DNA from: Schmidtea polychroa
Lineage: Eukaryota
Length of the DNA stretch: 64,000 nt
Direction: 5' to 3'
Assembly: GCA_044892525.1 (NCBI GenBank)
Contig: CM097885.1
Span: 32,924,001-32,988,000, forward strand
Position numbers and translations under genes: made by a program. Shown here piece after piece: positions 1 to 64,000 of this stretch. Each line of letters opens with the position of its first letter. Position 1 is the stretch's first letter. The notes below the pieces were generated by a model that did not search any database, was not told where the DNA came from, and saw only the letters and a program-made list of their open reading frames with translations.

Positions 1-1970
1 CCAAGCATACTCTGAGGAAATACAATTGATCAGTGTTCAATTCTTTCTTGACATTTTCACTAATATCTACGACCTTTCCAGGAAGGGACAAAAAGGCTAC
101 TACGGGCTTGTCTTTTGGATCAAAATCAAGAACGCTTCCTATTTCACCACATGACGTTTTTGGACCTTTTGTTTCTCCACCATCGACGACTGAAAAATAC
201 TTCCTGAATGGCAATTCATTTGCATGCAACAAGCATATCAGCCATTGTAGAGGTCGCCCTAGGCTTTTTTCGAGTCTTCTGATTATTCCATTATTTTTTC
301 CGGTGTTTGTATTGGTTCCATCGCACACAATTGCTTGAAGGGTCAGTGAGGACTGCGTGCTAACGATGATTGACATGATTTCTTTGCCAATATCCACAGC
401 TTTACTACTTTGAGGTACAACATGATCGATATATGTATCCCCTGGAAAGGCGACAATCACATAATGCTCCTCTTTTAGGATCCTTCTATGAAGTAAGGTG
501 GAATCTTGTTTCCCGTCGAAACCGAGGCAAATCAAGTTTTTCGCTTCTGCTGAATGCTGTTCAATTTCTCTCTCCCTCCAGTACTTTCTCTGACGCCGTA
601 ATTTTGCGGGATCGATGATTGTTTGAGAGGATAACAGTTCCATATCTTTCAGAAAAGAGTTTACTAGCAAACACGTGTCTCTGTTGCTCACACCACATCT
701 GTCAACAGCTTTACTTAATTCAGGATAATGTCTTCTATTTTGAAATTCATCACATTCTTCTACGCTTGACTCTGAGCTTTCTGTTGAATTGTCTAACTTA
801 TCTTTACTTTCATCACTAGCGGCTTCACTCTCCGTGTCACTTCTTGAGGTCGGATGTAGATCGTTAACTTCAGTGTCCATTATTTCATTTTTCATTTGTT
901 TTCCTTTTCCTGTAGGGCTGCTTTTCGTTTGTTTTCTCTTCAATTTTGAGGTTTCCTGTCTGTCCGTATTTCCGATTTTCATGTTTCTGGTAGTTTGTTG
1001 GTCAATCCAGAACTCCCACTCTAAGGTAGGAATTTTCAAGGCCAACCGGCATGTACACTGACTTCTTCCACGAGCACCATCATTAAAACATTTGCAGCAA
1101 CATATGTCAAACAATTTGGAAAACGAGCTTAACTTATCTTGAAATTTGGCAGATGACCTCTTGCATTCTGGATACTTCTCTAATTCACGCACTTTTGATA
1201 TTAGTCGCTTGACACGAACCACAATACTACTGAACTCAACAGTTGGGATACTTGCCTTCATATAAATTTCCTTCACCTTATTTGCGAGAAGAGTTGCTTG
1301 TTCGTTAAAGCCAGTATGAAATTGCGTACATTTCTCATTGTAACAGTAATCACGAAACACATCTTCACAAGTAGGTAATTGGTTTCTGGGTAGTTCACAA
1401 GTTTGACCAAACAGACAATGACGTGATTTACTTCTTGTTTTGCGAAATTGCTTATTTCTCTGTCCCTTCATAACTGCTCTTCTGTACTCAGCTCTGGCAA
1501 AATAAAAGTGAATCATCAAGTTAACTTTTTTAATTAGGTCCAGCAAACACTTGACATCCAATCGAAACAAATTAAATTATCTGAGTTTAGACTGACTAGT
1601 AGTATCCATGTGGATTATGTGTTGACTGTAGTGTGTGTGTTAGTATTGTTCAGAAGAAATTGTCTTTGTGAGTGCTTGTGTGAAGGTGCTTCCGTGAATT
1701 AACCTCTCTATACATGCACGCGTTAGCTTGGACTTGTGAATAGAGCATGTCAAAAATGGTCTTTCTGCAAGCGTGTGACTGCTTGCAGGATGAATTTACA
1801 ATGGCACGTGTGCGAGCATTTTTACTGGGATAGTACTAATACATACAAACAAAAGTTGGGACCTGTAAACCCTTTTAAACAGCAGTCTTTTGCAGGGATA
1901 TTTCATTTTCTAGCATAAGCACAACTTTTTAGGCATGTTTGGAGAAAAAAAAAATTTTCGACCCACCCTA
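1..1970 (-). mobile_element. hAT-superfamily (hATm-like) DNA transposon, 5' part; continues off the left edge
   Basis: Minus strand begins TAGGGTGGGTCGAAAA at 1970, a TAGGGTG-type terminus as in hATm elements. GC content drops abruptly just outside it, and it contains an open transposase ORF. The other end and the TSD are not in the window. Confidence 0.75.
2..1471 (-). CDS. hAT-like DDE transposase, N-terminal >=490 aa, open to the window edge (absent from the ORF track because it has no stop in the window)
   Basis: Manual translation from ATG at 1471 (MKGQRNKQFRKTRS...) with no stop. Motifs QLPTCEDV, KLFDICCCKC, LICLGFDGKQD (first D), IVCDGTNTNTG (second D), LGRPLQWLICLLHANEL (CxxH). Confidence 0.85.
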   Translation of the reverse strand, partial: MKGQRNKQFRKTRSKSRHCLFGQTCELPRNQLPTCEDVFRDYCYNEKCTQFHTGFNEQATLLANKVKEIYMKASIPTVEFSSIVVRVKRLISKVRELEKYPECKRSSAKFQDKLSSFSKLFDICCCKCFNDGARGRSQCTCRLALKIPTLEWEFWIDQQTTRNMKIGNTDRQETSKLKRKQTKSSPTGKGKQMKNEIMDTEVNDLHPTSRSDTESEAASDESKDKLDNSTESSESSVEECDEFQNRRHYPELSKAVDRCGVSNRDTCLLVNSFLKDMELLSSQTIIDPAKLRRQRKYWREREIEQHSAEAKNLICLGFDGKQDSTLLHRRILKEEHYVIVAFPGDTYIDHVVPQSSKAVDIGKEIMSIIVSTQSSLTLQAIVCDGTNTNTGKNNGIIRRLEKSLGRPLQWLICLLHANELPFRKYFSVVDGGETKGPKTSCGEIGSVLDFDPKDKPVVAFLSLPGKVVDISENVKKELNTDQLYFLRVCL

Positions 1971-3470
1971 GTGCACATATTTGCTTATGTACCAAAGAAA
2001 TCTACGTTTTTATTAGCACAATTAAAACAATAGGCAGTACTGCTAATTTAATGAACAATAAAGTACTCATAATGCAAACATAGTGTCACCATTATATAAA
2101 ATGAAGCCAACATGCAAAAGGCCTCCATTGTAAAGCTTGATGCATGTGGATATCTTTAGTTATAATAACGATTTTGGTCCAGTTCGTCGTAAACAGTTGC
2201 ACTTATTATCAAGTAGCAATGAATATTTATGTATTAAATATTATTTCATCATTTCAATTCCTATTTTTGCATTGACCTAGTATTTCTTATTTGAAATTTA
2301 CAGAATTAATTTTGTTTGCGCTACTAATTTTACCTATGAATTATGTATTTTCAATTATATTATTATGAATAAAAATGCATATGTCACAACTTTTACAATT
2401 TTCATCACTTTTTTACAATGCTTTTCTAAGTAAATATAATTCTTTATTTCATTTTACATGGTTTTCGGACGATATGGAATGTATCGCACATTTTACTATT
2501 GGAAACAATTCTTTTCTAATAAGGATTTCTGAGTAAGTTATCCATCATGTAAAAAAGGAGTTGGGTGTATTCTTTTTTTCATTTATTTCTACCAATTATA
2601 CTTGATTACAAATTCAACATTTACTTTTTCTTAATTTTGATATTTTTCTTAAATGTAAAACTCATTTGCAAAATATTGTTAAAATAAAATTTACCGGATC
2701 TCATGATCGCTAAAAATATTTTCTACAAGACCCATATTTAATCATTAAATTTGATATCTTCATTAAAGTTTTTAATTATTATCTAGAGAATCAACTGCAA
2801 GTTTCTAACAAAAATTTAAACTGAATTAACTAAATTATTTTTACCAGTTAATTGAATTTTCCTCATGTAAACATAGAATTCATATTTAAGAATTTTGTTT
2901 AAATGATTTGAAAACAAGCACCGAAATTAGTTAATGATTTATTAATAATGATTTTTAATTGATTTTAATTACGTTTATTCAATGATTTTCGAAAAATCAA
3001 TTGATACTAAATATTATTAAATTTTAAATTAAAAGATAACGCCAATCAAACATTCTTTTCACGATTAATTTCGACAATTTTCCTGTCATCATCATGTGGG
3101 ATATAATAACTCATTAAATTTAGGATTTTAAACAAATTTAATTATATATAAAAAAATTTTTTCATTTTATAAAAAAATATTTTATTTTTTTAAAATTTTA
3201 AGAGGAGGAACGTATTTTGAAATTTGGTCGCAATCATTTCATTAAGAAAAGAATTCACGAAACAAAATTATGTGCGAAGATTGAAAGTTTATACTTTCAT
3301 ATACTTAGATCGATGAAGGATATTAATACTAATTATGTGAAGAGTGTTTTGAGTTCGAGTACGATGGAGTATATTGATAAAAATAAAAAGTAGAATATTA
3401 AAGAGTTTACTGTATTAAAAAAATTAGCTAAAAAGACCTCAATATATGCAAGTTTGACAAAGGAAATGGA

Positions 3471-5174
3471 TTGGTAATTCTCGACCATGATGTATATGTA
3501 AATAAGCTTAATGATGTTTTGAATGTTCCCCAGTTTGTGAAAATAGAGATTTCTCGAAAAAATGGAATACAGCCTCCTCTTAAGGATGAGAATTTGTTGA
3601 AAGAAATACTGAATAAATTAATTAAAAATAAGCAAATTGATGAAGAGTTGTTTAAATCTATTCGCCCAATGGGATCACAACCAGCAAAAATGTATGGGTT
3701 TCCAAAAATCCATAAAGATGGCGTGATTATGAGACCTGTTTTATCCATGATTGAAACTGCCCAGTATAAAATAGCCAAATTTTTGGATGGATTATTGAAA
3801 CCATTAATACGATCAGAATTTGAATGTAAAGATAGTTTGGAATTTGTTTCCTGCATTGCACAATATGATAGACAAAGTATGGATGAAATTATGGTTTCGT
3901 TTGATGTTTGTAGTCTGTTTACTAATGTACCATTGGTTGAAACAATTGAATTATGTTGCTTGTTATGGAATGAAAATATTTCTGAACATCATATTTTGGA
4001 TAGAACAGCATTTCGTGAACTTCTTGTATTTGCAACTTCAAAAATCAATTTTCTTTTCAATAATGAATGGTATCAACAAATAGATGGAGTTGCTATGGGT
4101 TCTCCTTTAGCACCAACGATGGCTTCAATTTTTTTAACAAGCTTAGAAAAGAAAATTGCATCTTTCCAAGGTATGAAACCCACTGTTTATAAACGGTATG
4201 TGGATGATAATTTTCTTATATTTGAAAATCAGAGTCATGTTGACCCGTTTTTGCATTATATGAATAGTCTACATAAAAACATTGTATTCACATGTGAAAC
4301 GGAGAAAAAATCATCGCTTGCTTTCTTGGATCTGTTAATACAACGCAAAGAGAAACACTATGAGACAGAGATTTATAGAAAATCAACTGATACTGGTCTC
4401 TATACTTCTTCCGAAAGTTTTTGTGAATTCAAGTATAAAAGAAATATGGTGAAGGGGTTGATTTATCGTGCATGGTCTTTGTCTTCTACTTTTAAAAATT
4501 CTGTAAAAAGTGTTGACATATTAGTTGAATTGTTAATGAAGAATGGTTATTCAAAAACCTTTTTAGTAATTATGGTGAAAGAGACTGTTGACAAATTTAT
4601 TAAAAATCCTAAGGATCCATGTTTGAGAAAATCTGGGTGTGATCTTGTTGAGATGTGTGAGTATGATGAGTTAAAATCTGGGTGTGATTTTGTTGAGGTG
4701 TGTGAGTCTGATGAGTTAAATAAATTAAATAGTGTGAGCAAGGGTGATGAGCCTAAATTTGTGTTAGTATTGCCGTACTCAGAAGGTTTTAAGGATTATA
4801 AAGTGAAGATAAGAAAGCAGTTAGGGAATTTAAACTATAGGATAGTGTCAACTTCATGGAAAGTACGCAATATGTTTATTAATAAGTCAAAAACTCCGGT
4901 TGAATTGTTTTCCGATCTCGTTTATCAGTTTACATGTAATGGGTGTAATGCCACATACATTGGAGAGACTTCCCGTCAACTCTGTATTCGAGCTCGAGAA
5001 CATTGTAGACCGAAGGCTTTGACCCATATTGGTGAGCACAATAAGGGCTGTAAGATTAAAATAGGTATGTCTGATTTTAAAATTTTATTAAAAAATTTCG
5101 ATAATTATTGGGAACGTGTGATTTGTGAGGCGTTGTTGATAAAATCATTGAATCCGAAAATTAATGTGCAGTAA
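3471..5174 (+). CDS. Penelope reverse transcriptase / GIY-YIG endonuclease (567 aa, N-terminus decayed)
   Basis: MYGFPKIHK, RPVLS, SFDVCSLFTNVP, QIDGVAMGSPLAP, YKRYVDD, FLDL, then LVYQFTCNGCNATYIGETSR...RAREH and EALLI...P.IN. Upstream sequence has stops. A ~45-bp internal tandem duplication gives KSGCDLVEMCEYDEL/KSGCDFVEVCESDEL. Confidence 0.92.
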   Translation: MVILDHDVYVNKLNDVLNVPQFVKIEISRKNGIQPPLKDENLLKEILNKLIKNKQIDEELFKSIRPMGSQPAKMYGFPKIHKDGVIMRPVLSMIETAQYKIAKFLDGLLKPLIRSEFECKDSLEFVSCIAQYDRQSMDEIMVSFDVCSLFTNVPLVETIELCCLLWNENISEHHILDRTAFRELLVFATSKINFLFNNEWYQQIDGVAMGSPLAPTMASIFLTSLEKKIASFQGMKPTVYKRYVDDNFLIFENQSHVDPFLHYMNSLHKNIVFTCETEKKSSLAFLDLLIQRKEKHYETEIYRKSTDTGLYTSSESFCEFKYKRNMVKGLIYRAWSLSSTFKNSVKSVDILVELLMKNGYSKTFLVIMVKETVDKFIKNPKDPCLRKSGCDLVEMCEYDELKSGCDFVEVCESDELNKLNSVSKGDEPKFVLVLPYSEGFKDYKVKIRKQLGNLNYRIVSTSWKVRNMFINKSKTPVELFSDLVYQFTCNGCNATYIGETSRQLCIRAREHCRPKALTHIGEHNKGCKIKIGMSDFKILLKNFDNYWERVICEALLIKSLNPKINVQ

Positions 5175-5394
5175 ATACTTGTGTGTTGAGTGTTTTTAAA
5201 TAACCTTTTGTGTATTGTATGTATTGATTGTTGTGTTAAATTAAATAATTAATAAAAAAATTTTTTAAATTATTAAATTAAATTTTAAATGTTAAAATTT
5301 TAAAAAAATAATATATTTTTTTATAAAATGAAAAATTTTTTTTATATATAATTAAATTTGTTTAAAATCCAAAATTTAATGAGTTATTATATCC

Positions 5395-5433
5395 AACCTG
5401 ATGATGACAGGAAAACTGTCGAAATTAATCGTG
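5395..5433 (+). ncRNA. Minimal type-I hammerhead ribozyme in the Penelope 3' pseudo-LTR
   Basis: CTGATGA (5398-5404), T, stem II GACAG/GAAAA/CTGTC, GAAA, palindromic ATTAAT stem III, cleavage triplet ATC, then GTG (stem I). An inverted copy at ~3059-3098 has a C>A change in the core. Confidence 0.7.
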
Positions 5434-6529
5434 AAAAGAATGTTTGATTGGCGTTATCTTATAATTAAATCATTGCCATGTATGTTTAACTATTTATTCA
5501 AAAATTTTAAATTGTTTTAATTTATTTTTTATAAATATAGATTTTGCAATGCTATTGGTATTATATAATTATAACACTTTTATTTCCATGTTTTGATAAA
5601 GATTGAAAAGATTGTTGGATTTAGAAGTGATTTTGGTGGGAAATTAATAGTATTCTGACTCTAGGTGTTTCTTATATTTATACAACAAGACATATCACAA
5701 TAGCTTTATTTGTCAATAATATAACAAGAATTATGCAATATCTCAATTAACATTTAATGCAATTTCAACTCAAATCTAAACTTCATAACCAATATTTTGG
5801 TATATGAACAGGTGAATCGAAGAGAAATCATCTCAATCTAGTGGCGAATCGCATCGGCTACAAACAAGTACAAATTATCAACACTTTTCTTAAAACTATT
5901 AGAAGTTTTAATACAATTGATACAACCGACATTAATTAATATCCAATTACTAATGTCCTACAAATATATGACCAAGCTTGTCTAAGGATTGTCTAACGAC
6001 AATCGATTTAAAATTACTATATTCGTACTTATTTTTTCATTTGCTACCCGCTCATATTTTCTCCTCAAGAACTATGGATTTTTGATTTTGAATTAATTTT
6101 TATATTTAAATATTTTATGAATGAAAATAATTGAGCATTTATATTTTATTTTCTATTAATTTATCAAACATTTGTAGAATCCAAGTTACATACTGCAATT
6201 TTTACAAAACAAGTTTTCTTGTAAATTACAAATCTCGATATTATTGTTTACGATAGACAAATTGAGTTAATTAATTTAAAATAATTAAAAATTAAAAAAA
6301 TTATGAAACGATATTTTAAATATATTATCATAACAAATTTTTTTATTAAATTAAATTGAATTTACTTGAAATAACATAAGAAGTATATTAAAAATTATTT
6401 TTATTTTCTTTTTATTCAAAGAAGTTTGATAGATATGTTCTAAACAAATCGTTTATTGGTAATAATAAAAAATACAAAATAAATATATAAAATTTATATC
6501 ATAAAAATAAAATAAAATAAGTGACATAC

Positions 6530-57629
<51,100 letters not shown>

Positions 57630-57981
57630 CTATCAAAGAAATAATTCACAATGAAAAGGATTTTAAAGTAATAATAAAGTTTATTTTTATCATATTTTTA
57701 TTATATTATATTTTATATCTTTATTAAATTGATTGCCACCCATTATAGGAGAAACGAGTATATTTCGAAATAGAACCAAAATACTGTAATTGCAAAGGCT
57801 AGAATTTCACTTAAAGATCATATGATTATACTGATAAAACAAGGAGACAAGTAAAAAAAGGTGGCTAACTGTGTATCCCATTGCAACTAATGGACAACAA
57901 ATGAAAAATGGTTAGTTCATTTCTATTATTCACATTTGATTAATTAATTTTTTTTCATTAATTTATTCTCAGAGAATTTTA

Positions 57982-58036
<55 letters not shown>

Positions 58037-60804
58037 TAAAAATACAAAGCAATAAATGTAATAGATTAACATTTTATATAATATTCCTTCATTATAGAAG
58101 CAGTTTTGAACTTTTCATTTCAACCCAATTTCAAGAAAATTTAATTAATTTAATGACATTTAACTAATTTTTCCAGTTTTCCTTTCAGTCATATAAGATG
58201 TTAAGTTATTAGAACGAAAAAGAGTGATAATTAAAATATTAATTTCTTTTTTTTATATATTTCAAACATTTACTGAGGAATAACTTGATTTATTTTTAAA
58301 AAAGTAGCAAAATTAAAAACTAAATTTTAATAATAATAATAATAATAATAATATATATATATATATATATATAATAATAGTAATATAATAATAATATAAA
58401 TAATAAATTGTTCAATTATTAGAAACCGTCACTCAAACATACGTTTTACGATATAATTAAGCCATTATGAAATATTATCAATGATCAAAATAGTTATAAT
58501 TTGATCCGATCTCGAATATCAGAGATCAATTGATCTTTTGACTCTTGATTTTCTTTTTTTCTCTTTGCTTAATCAACAAATAAACAGTTTTCAGAAACGT
58601 CTCACATTGATTTAACTCTATTAGTTAACCTTATTATCCATTTTCTTTAAACTTATTACTGTTTTCCATTTTTGAATATTCTGTCAAATATTTATTATCT
58701 AATTGTGTCAGTTTGATTTTTAGATTGTCCAATTAAATATCGACTTTTGAAAAACAAGAAATTTGTTGAATGAAATAACTAATTGGAAATAAGCGAATTC
58801 TCCGCCAAAAATCAGTTATTTTTCAATGTTGTTTTCATTAAATTATTTATACAAATTTTTAATCTCAATTTTGATTTTCATCAATGTAATCGAAACAATT
58901 TTGCAATATTAAAACAAATACTAATATTAATAATAAAAATAATAATAATGATAATAATTTCAAAGATTCGGTTGTAATTTTATAAATTCTTTTTCATTTC
59001 CAAAGTCTAATAAGTTTTCTGTAATAAAAATAAGTTTTATAAATGAAATCTAACTTCATCCACCCGTTAGATCTAATTGATTTCGAGCTATTCTCTCTTG
59101 TATTAATCCATTCTAGTCGAACAGAATTCTGAAACCATAATTAATTTATGAAAAATGAAATGAAAATACTATATAACTTTTCTTCATAATTTTCTTACTT
59201 CATTTATTAATTTAATAAAATTCTCATTCTGAGAAATTTTTCAAAATATCGGTTTTTGAAATATTTTTTTAATGCATAAATTTTGTGAAATTAAAAATTC
59301 ATTTATTTAACATGACGAAAAAGTTTGATTTGTTAAATTTTCTAGAATTTAATAAATTTAAAATCGTTTCAATATTGTTTTTTAATAAACTTTCTGTATT
59401 AAAGGAATTAAAAATAAAAATTTTTAAATTATAAATATAAAATATATAAATAACTTGATATATACATGGTTTATATAGTCTTCCACTCGAGGAGCAATTA
59501 CATTTCAAACTTTGAAATATATTTCTCTTTAGTAAATAAATTGAGGTGTGGCCATCAAACTGATTTATTTTACAGAATAGGAAAACATGAACTTAGACAG
59601 TAATAGGAAATACAGCAACTTTTTTATAGTAATCCTCCTCTATCATTCTGATATTTCGATTTCTTTACATTTTTTAACTTATTAATGTTTACCATGAATA
59701 AATGCATTTATAATAAAGTATTATTTTACTTTATTAGTTTCAGAGATATATTGTATATTGTATATTTATATTTGACCTTTTCTTTACCCTTTCCTAATTA
59801 CAAGGATCAAATATGTTTATCATATATTTATTGTATTTTATCAATTATTGAAGGAACATATAAAGGTTTGACAGCATATCTTAAAGTGTAGTCTAAATAA
59901 AAATACGTTTAATTAATTTTATTGTACAATGCATTTATTTTCTTCATTTCTCATTAAAGAAATAATCTTATTATTTTCTAAAATTAGCAAAATAGATTGG
60001 GTTTAATAATAATTTTATTATTATTATATATTTTATGTATAACCATATTTTCACGTTGAATTCAACAATTTCCTGTACTGTTGTACGCCCGACTTCTCAA
60101 GGTTAAACTATAAGTCTATGACTTTAAATATGCTGTGCTCAGCTAATGTAGACTGAGTTTGACACTTAGACAAGTTAGGCTACAAGTTGATCTATGTCAT
60201 AGGAAAAAGCAACTTATTAAAATGGTCAGTAAATGTGTGATTAAGATATTTATTATTATAGTTGTAAATTACTGTAAGTATTATATTTATGCATAAACAT
60301 ATACATTTCAATTTATAAGTTTAAATTTTAACAAACCCCTCTCATCAGCCTTCTCTGGGGATGTATATGAATATATATCTTATCAATCTTATCATTGATT
60401 TGTTTTGTTTGAATGAATGAATTGTGATAATGATGTTGGTCATTTTCAATATTTAAACTGAAATAATTAGAAATTAACCCCAACTGTTAATGTCAAGAAA
60501 TAAAAATGAAATCTCAAACAGTTTTTATTTAATTTAAATGAGAGAAGTTTTAATACGATATTTTTGTAATTACTTTTTTCATCACATTCATTCTAGATTA
60601 ATTCTTTATTTTATGAAATTTTTAACAAATAAGCAAAAATACAATGGGAAAATGTGCGTTCTACTTAGTCAGAAACAAATGTGACATAAAATAAATTATT
60701 AAACTCAGTTAAATATTAAATTCAAATTTGTATTTCGATAAATAGTGATATAATAATTATACCAATGTTAATTAAGTAAAACAAATTAAATAAATATCTA
60801 AATA

Positions 60805-60877
<73 letters not shown>

Positions 60878-61511
60878 TTTATTTATTTATTTACATTATA
60901 TAAGACTTACACTATTGGGAAATACTCGGTTAATTGTTGTTTTCACTGCATCAGGTATTTCTTCGTAGGAAACTATATTGCTCAATCCCAAAAGCAATTC
61001 CTAAAAAAATTATTTTCAAATCTCTACAGATTAAAAATCTCATAAAATTATTATCTGATATATATTTAATAAAAATTATATTTTTTATATTAAATGTATT
61101 AGAATTAACATTTTATATTTAGGGATTTTGAAATGTATTACCAACTACAATTAAGATCAAATATTTAATCCTTTATGGGTCAAAAATCCGATAGGTTTCC
61201 TAACTAAAATAAAATGTTTTTGAAAATATTTTTAAATAAAGAAAAATGTACTATATTAAATTGTTTTTGATAATTGCAATAAAAAATAATGGCAATACTA
61301 TATTAAAATAAATTTAATTTAAATTTAACAAATTTAAGAAAAAAACATCTGTTATTAATATTAATATTGTAATTATTTATATCGTAGGAGATAGAAGTGT
61401 GAAAAAATAACATGCACAAAATTGCACAGTATTATTTTACACATGCAGAATAAAATCATAATATTTGGACCAGTAAATTCAACATGGGTTTGTTTATATT
61501 TTTAGTAATAC

Positions 61512-61595
61512 TTTATTTCCAGCTTGTCCGATTTTATTTTCATCTTCACTATTTATTTGTTTATAAATATAGAATTTACAGATTTTACCAAATTT
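61512..61595 (-). CDS. Possible further upstream PDE2A exon: KFGKICKFYIYKQINSEDENKIGQAGNK
   Basis: 84 nt open, TAG/GT bounded, phase 0 to 0; homology support is weak. Confidence 0.3.
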
Positions 61596-62669
61596 CTATA
61601 AAATGAACTGGATAAGAATCAAATTGATGGGCGCATTGACTTCCACTCTAATGTTTAGTAATTAAATATTTTCAGAACGAAAATAATTATTTCTGACTCG
61701 AAGCACACTTTATTAGAACAATAAGACTCAACACAGTACGATTTATTGTCAAAAAGAAATGACAAGCATTACATTTTCAAATAACAATAGTCACGATATT
61801 ATACCAACAATCCTTTCTTTTTGTTTAACTTTGGAGAAGGTAACACAATTGGAAAAGGACTCAAACTAATGCAAATCTGAATCAGTTGTAATCAATAATA
61901 ATCTGTAAATCCTTTCTTTCTTTAAGTTTTTCTAATTTATTCTAAAAAATCCACAATTTAATTTAAATTACCTCCGAAATCTCCAAACTAAACACCTGAA
62001 GCTTTTCCTAAATTGGATTATTTTCTCATTTACACTTGCAATCATTACAGAGACTGTCAAGCTCAGAAATTCTATTTCATTAATGGCATTAGTTAATTTA
62101 TTAAATAACCTGTACTACCCAAGGCTTCTCATCAGTGCAAAACAATTACATTCGTACTTATCTTTTTATTTGCTATTTGATTTCTTGATTTAACACATTT
62201 TTCTTTAAATTTTACAATTCCAATAGTTTTTTAGGATTTTGTTGTATTTTGATTTTTCATTGTTCTTAAATACTGGAGCACTTAATTTTTTATTTCTCAA
62301 TGCTTTTTACATGTTTTGGCCTGGGATTCAAAATTGAATATTTCATACACTGTTTACATTTTTTAGACAATAATATTTTCATTGTTTCAGTTATTTAAAA
62401 AAATATATAGAAATGATCACGACACCCTTACGGAACGACGAGCATGGCAGTCAGTATATTAATATTTTAATATGGACTTTCTAGAGTAAAAAAATAATTC
62501 TTGTAAAAAATAAAACAAAATTTAGAAAGAAATACATTTAAAATTTATAATTTTTTAATTTTCTACCTCGGAATACATTAAAAAAATATTTCATGGAGTT
62601 TTAATTCAATTATATTTTGGATATTTTATTAAAATAAGTTGTTTTGGAATCAAATATTTAGCGATAATA

Positions 62670-63366
62670 TGTACCACTAAGTTTTATGTAAGAAACAAAA
62701 TACGCCGCGTCCTAGAATATTTTAATGGATATGATTGATTAGAACTCAAAAAGGTCAGTAACATAGAATTGAAGGTAATAATAAAAACATCAAGTTATTG
62801 AAAGTTATTTTTACCAAAATTTCGGTTAAATGTGCTGAATAGTTAAAAATTGTCAGAAACTCATGGGTGAAAATTCTTTTTCTCTGTCAAACCAAATTAT
62901 ATTAATAGGTCTACGTTACTCTTCTCACAATAATGCTATAGAAAATGTCTTTACCAAAAAATCGTATAAAAAATGATATATATAACTTTTATTTGGTAAT
63001 TAATTTTTATACTTAATTTTGATCAATTTAGGTGATTATATTTCAATAATAAAATAAATGTTGAAATCAGAAGTAATCACCGATAATATTATTATTCCCA
63101 ATTCTGTAAGTATTGGTAGAGAATAATTTAAAAATAAAAATTATTATTTAACAATATAAAAATTAACAATATAGAACAAACCAAAATTTAAACAAAATCA
63201 ATTTTTGATTTTGCGAGAATTGAAATTATCCCATAAAACAAACTTTTATATATTGAACAAATTCGAATAATAAATAAAATAGATGTAATAATTATTCAAC
63301 AAAATTTATTCGATGAAATGTAAAGAGCGTGGAAAGAGTGAAAAGATTTTTTTATGTAGAAATTAA
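62670..63366 (+). repeat. ~700-bp interspersed repeat, inverted copy of 52505-53228
   Basis: GTACCACTAAGTTTTATGTAAGAAACAAAATACGCCGCGTCCTAGAA...GAAATGTAAAGAGCGTG. Confidence 0.9.
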
Positions 63367-64000
63367 ATAAATAAATTTACTTTTTCTACTGACTGTGATA
63401 AACGGCTTAAACAATGATAAAGAAAGAAAAATTGAAAAATTAAATATTTTATTAATGCCCACTATTTTTCCCCATTCGAAGCAATCAAAAAAATAAGTTA
63501 ACCCTTTCCACTCATCTTAATAAAATTCTTGCCAATTTTATTGTGCTTAATACTCATTATGGCAAGAATGTTTACCACATTCTTAAAAACTGTTTGTAGT
63601 AATCCTCATGGCAAGAACACCAATCATTATTGAAAGTGTCTATATGTATACATCGCTTATTCAGCAGCCTACACGTAGAATGTAAACGTGAATGGAAAGG
63701 AATAATGCAAAAACGCAAATAGAGGAAAATTAATTTTGAATACGATGTATAATTTTCTTCAAGAGTTTATTGTGTTAAACCTTTACAATGTGAATGGCCA
63801 CATGGTTTAAGTAGAATATCTTATATATTAAAGCATGCCTTGAACAGGAGGAAGGCAATTGTTTTTCCATTTCAATTTCGACAATCAATAGAGCGTTAAA
63901 AATATTTAAAAATAACTATGAAATTGTTTCATCGAGAATTGGATAGAGTCAATATGCCAGAAAAAATCTCGGCGCGAAAAGAATATGCTCTCTAGTTCAA

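Larger units (their letters stand above)
3033..5460 (+). mobile_element. Penelope-like retroelement (RT + GIY-YIG) with inverted ~170-bp pseudo-LTRs
   Basis: RT/GIY-YIG ORF flanked by 3033-~3201 and ~5292-5460, which are reverse complements of each other with a few mismatches. This inverted arrangement is typical of 5'-truncated PLEs. Confidence 0.9.

Noticed and set aside
33..1061. Plus-strand ORFs of 61-101 aa
   Set aside because: Antisense shadows of the minus-strand transposase.

Overview
AT-rich metazoan genomic DNA with GT-AG introns and (AAT)n/(AT)n microsatellites. The composition is compatible with a planarian-type invertebrate, but the organism cannot be proven from sequence alone. 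Most of the window belongs to one minus-strand host gene, a cGMP-stimulated phosphodiesterase PDE2A orthologue. I could trace 15 phase-consistent exons (57629 down to 6530) covering the N-terminal region, GAF-A and GAF-B; the catalytic exons were not found and probably lie left of the window. The introns are full of mobile DNA: an open hAT (hATm-like) transposase running off the left edge, a Penelope retroelement with inverted pseudo-LTRs carrying minimal hammerhead ribozymes, several MITEs with intact TSDs, Tc1 and pogo remnants, and a decayed actin retrocopy. The standout is a 13.4-kb element (6891-20301) in the ~19.5-kb intron. It has Polinton/Maverick-type AGTAG...CTACT ends and a perfect 6-bp TSD (CAAGTC), but it is a giant palindrome. 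Two ~6.2-kb near-identical arms each carry only a protein-primed DNA polymerase B gene, with no integrase, capsid, ATPase or protease. The arms surround a ~1-kb repeat-rich core whose borders look like a second pair of Polinton termini. This resembles an integrated copy-back (defective or satellite) Polinton genome. It should give a ~6-kb dsRNA hairpin whenever the host gene is transcribed.
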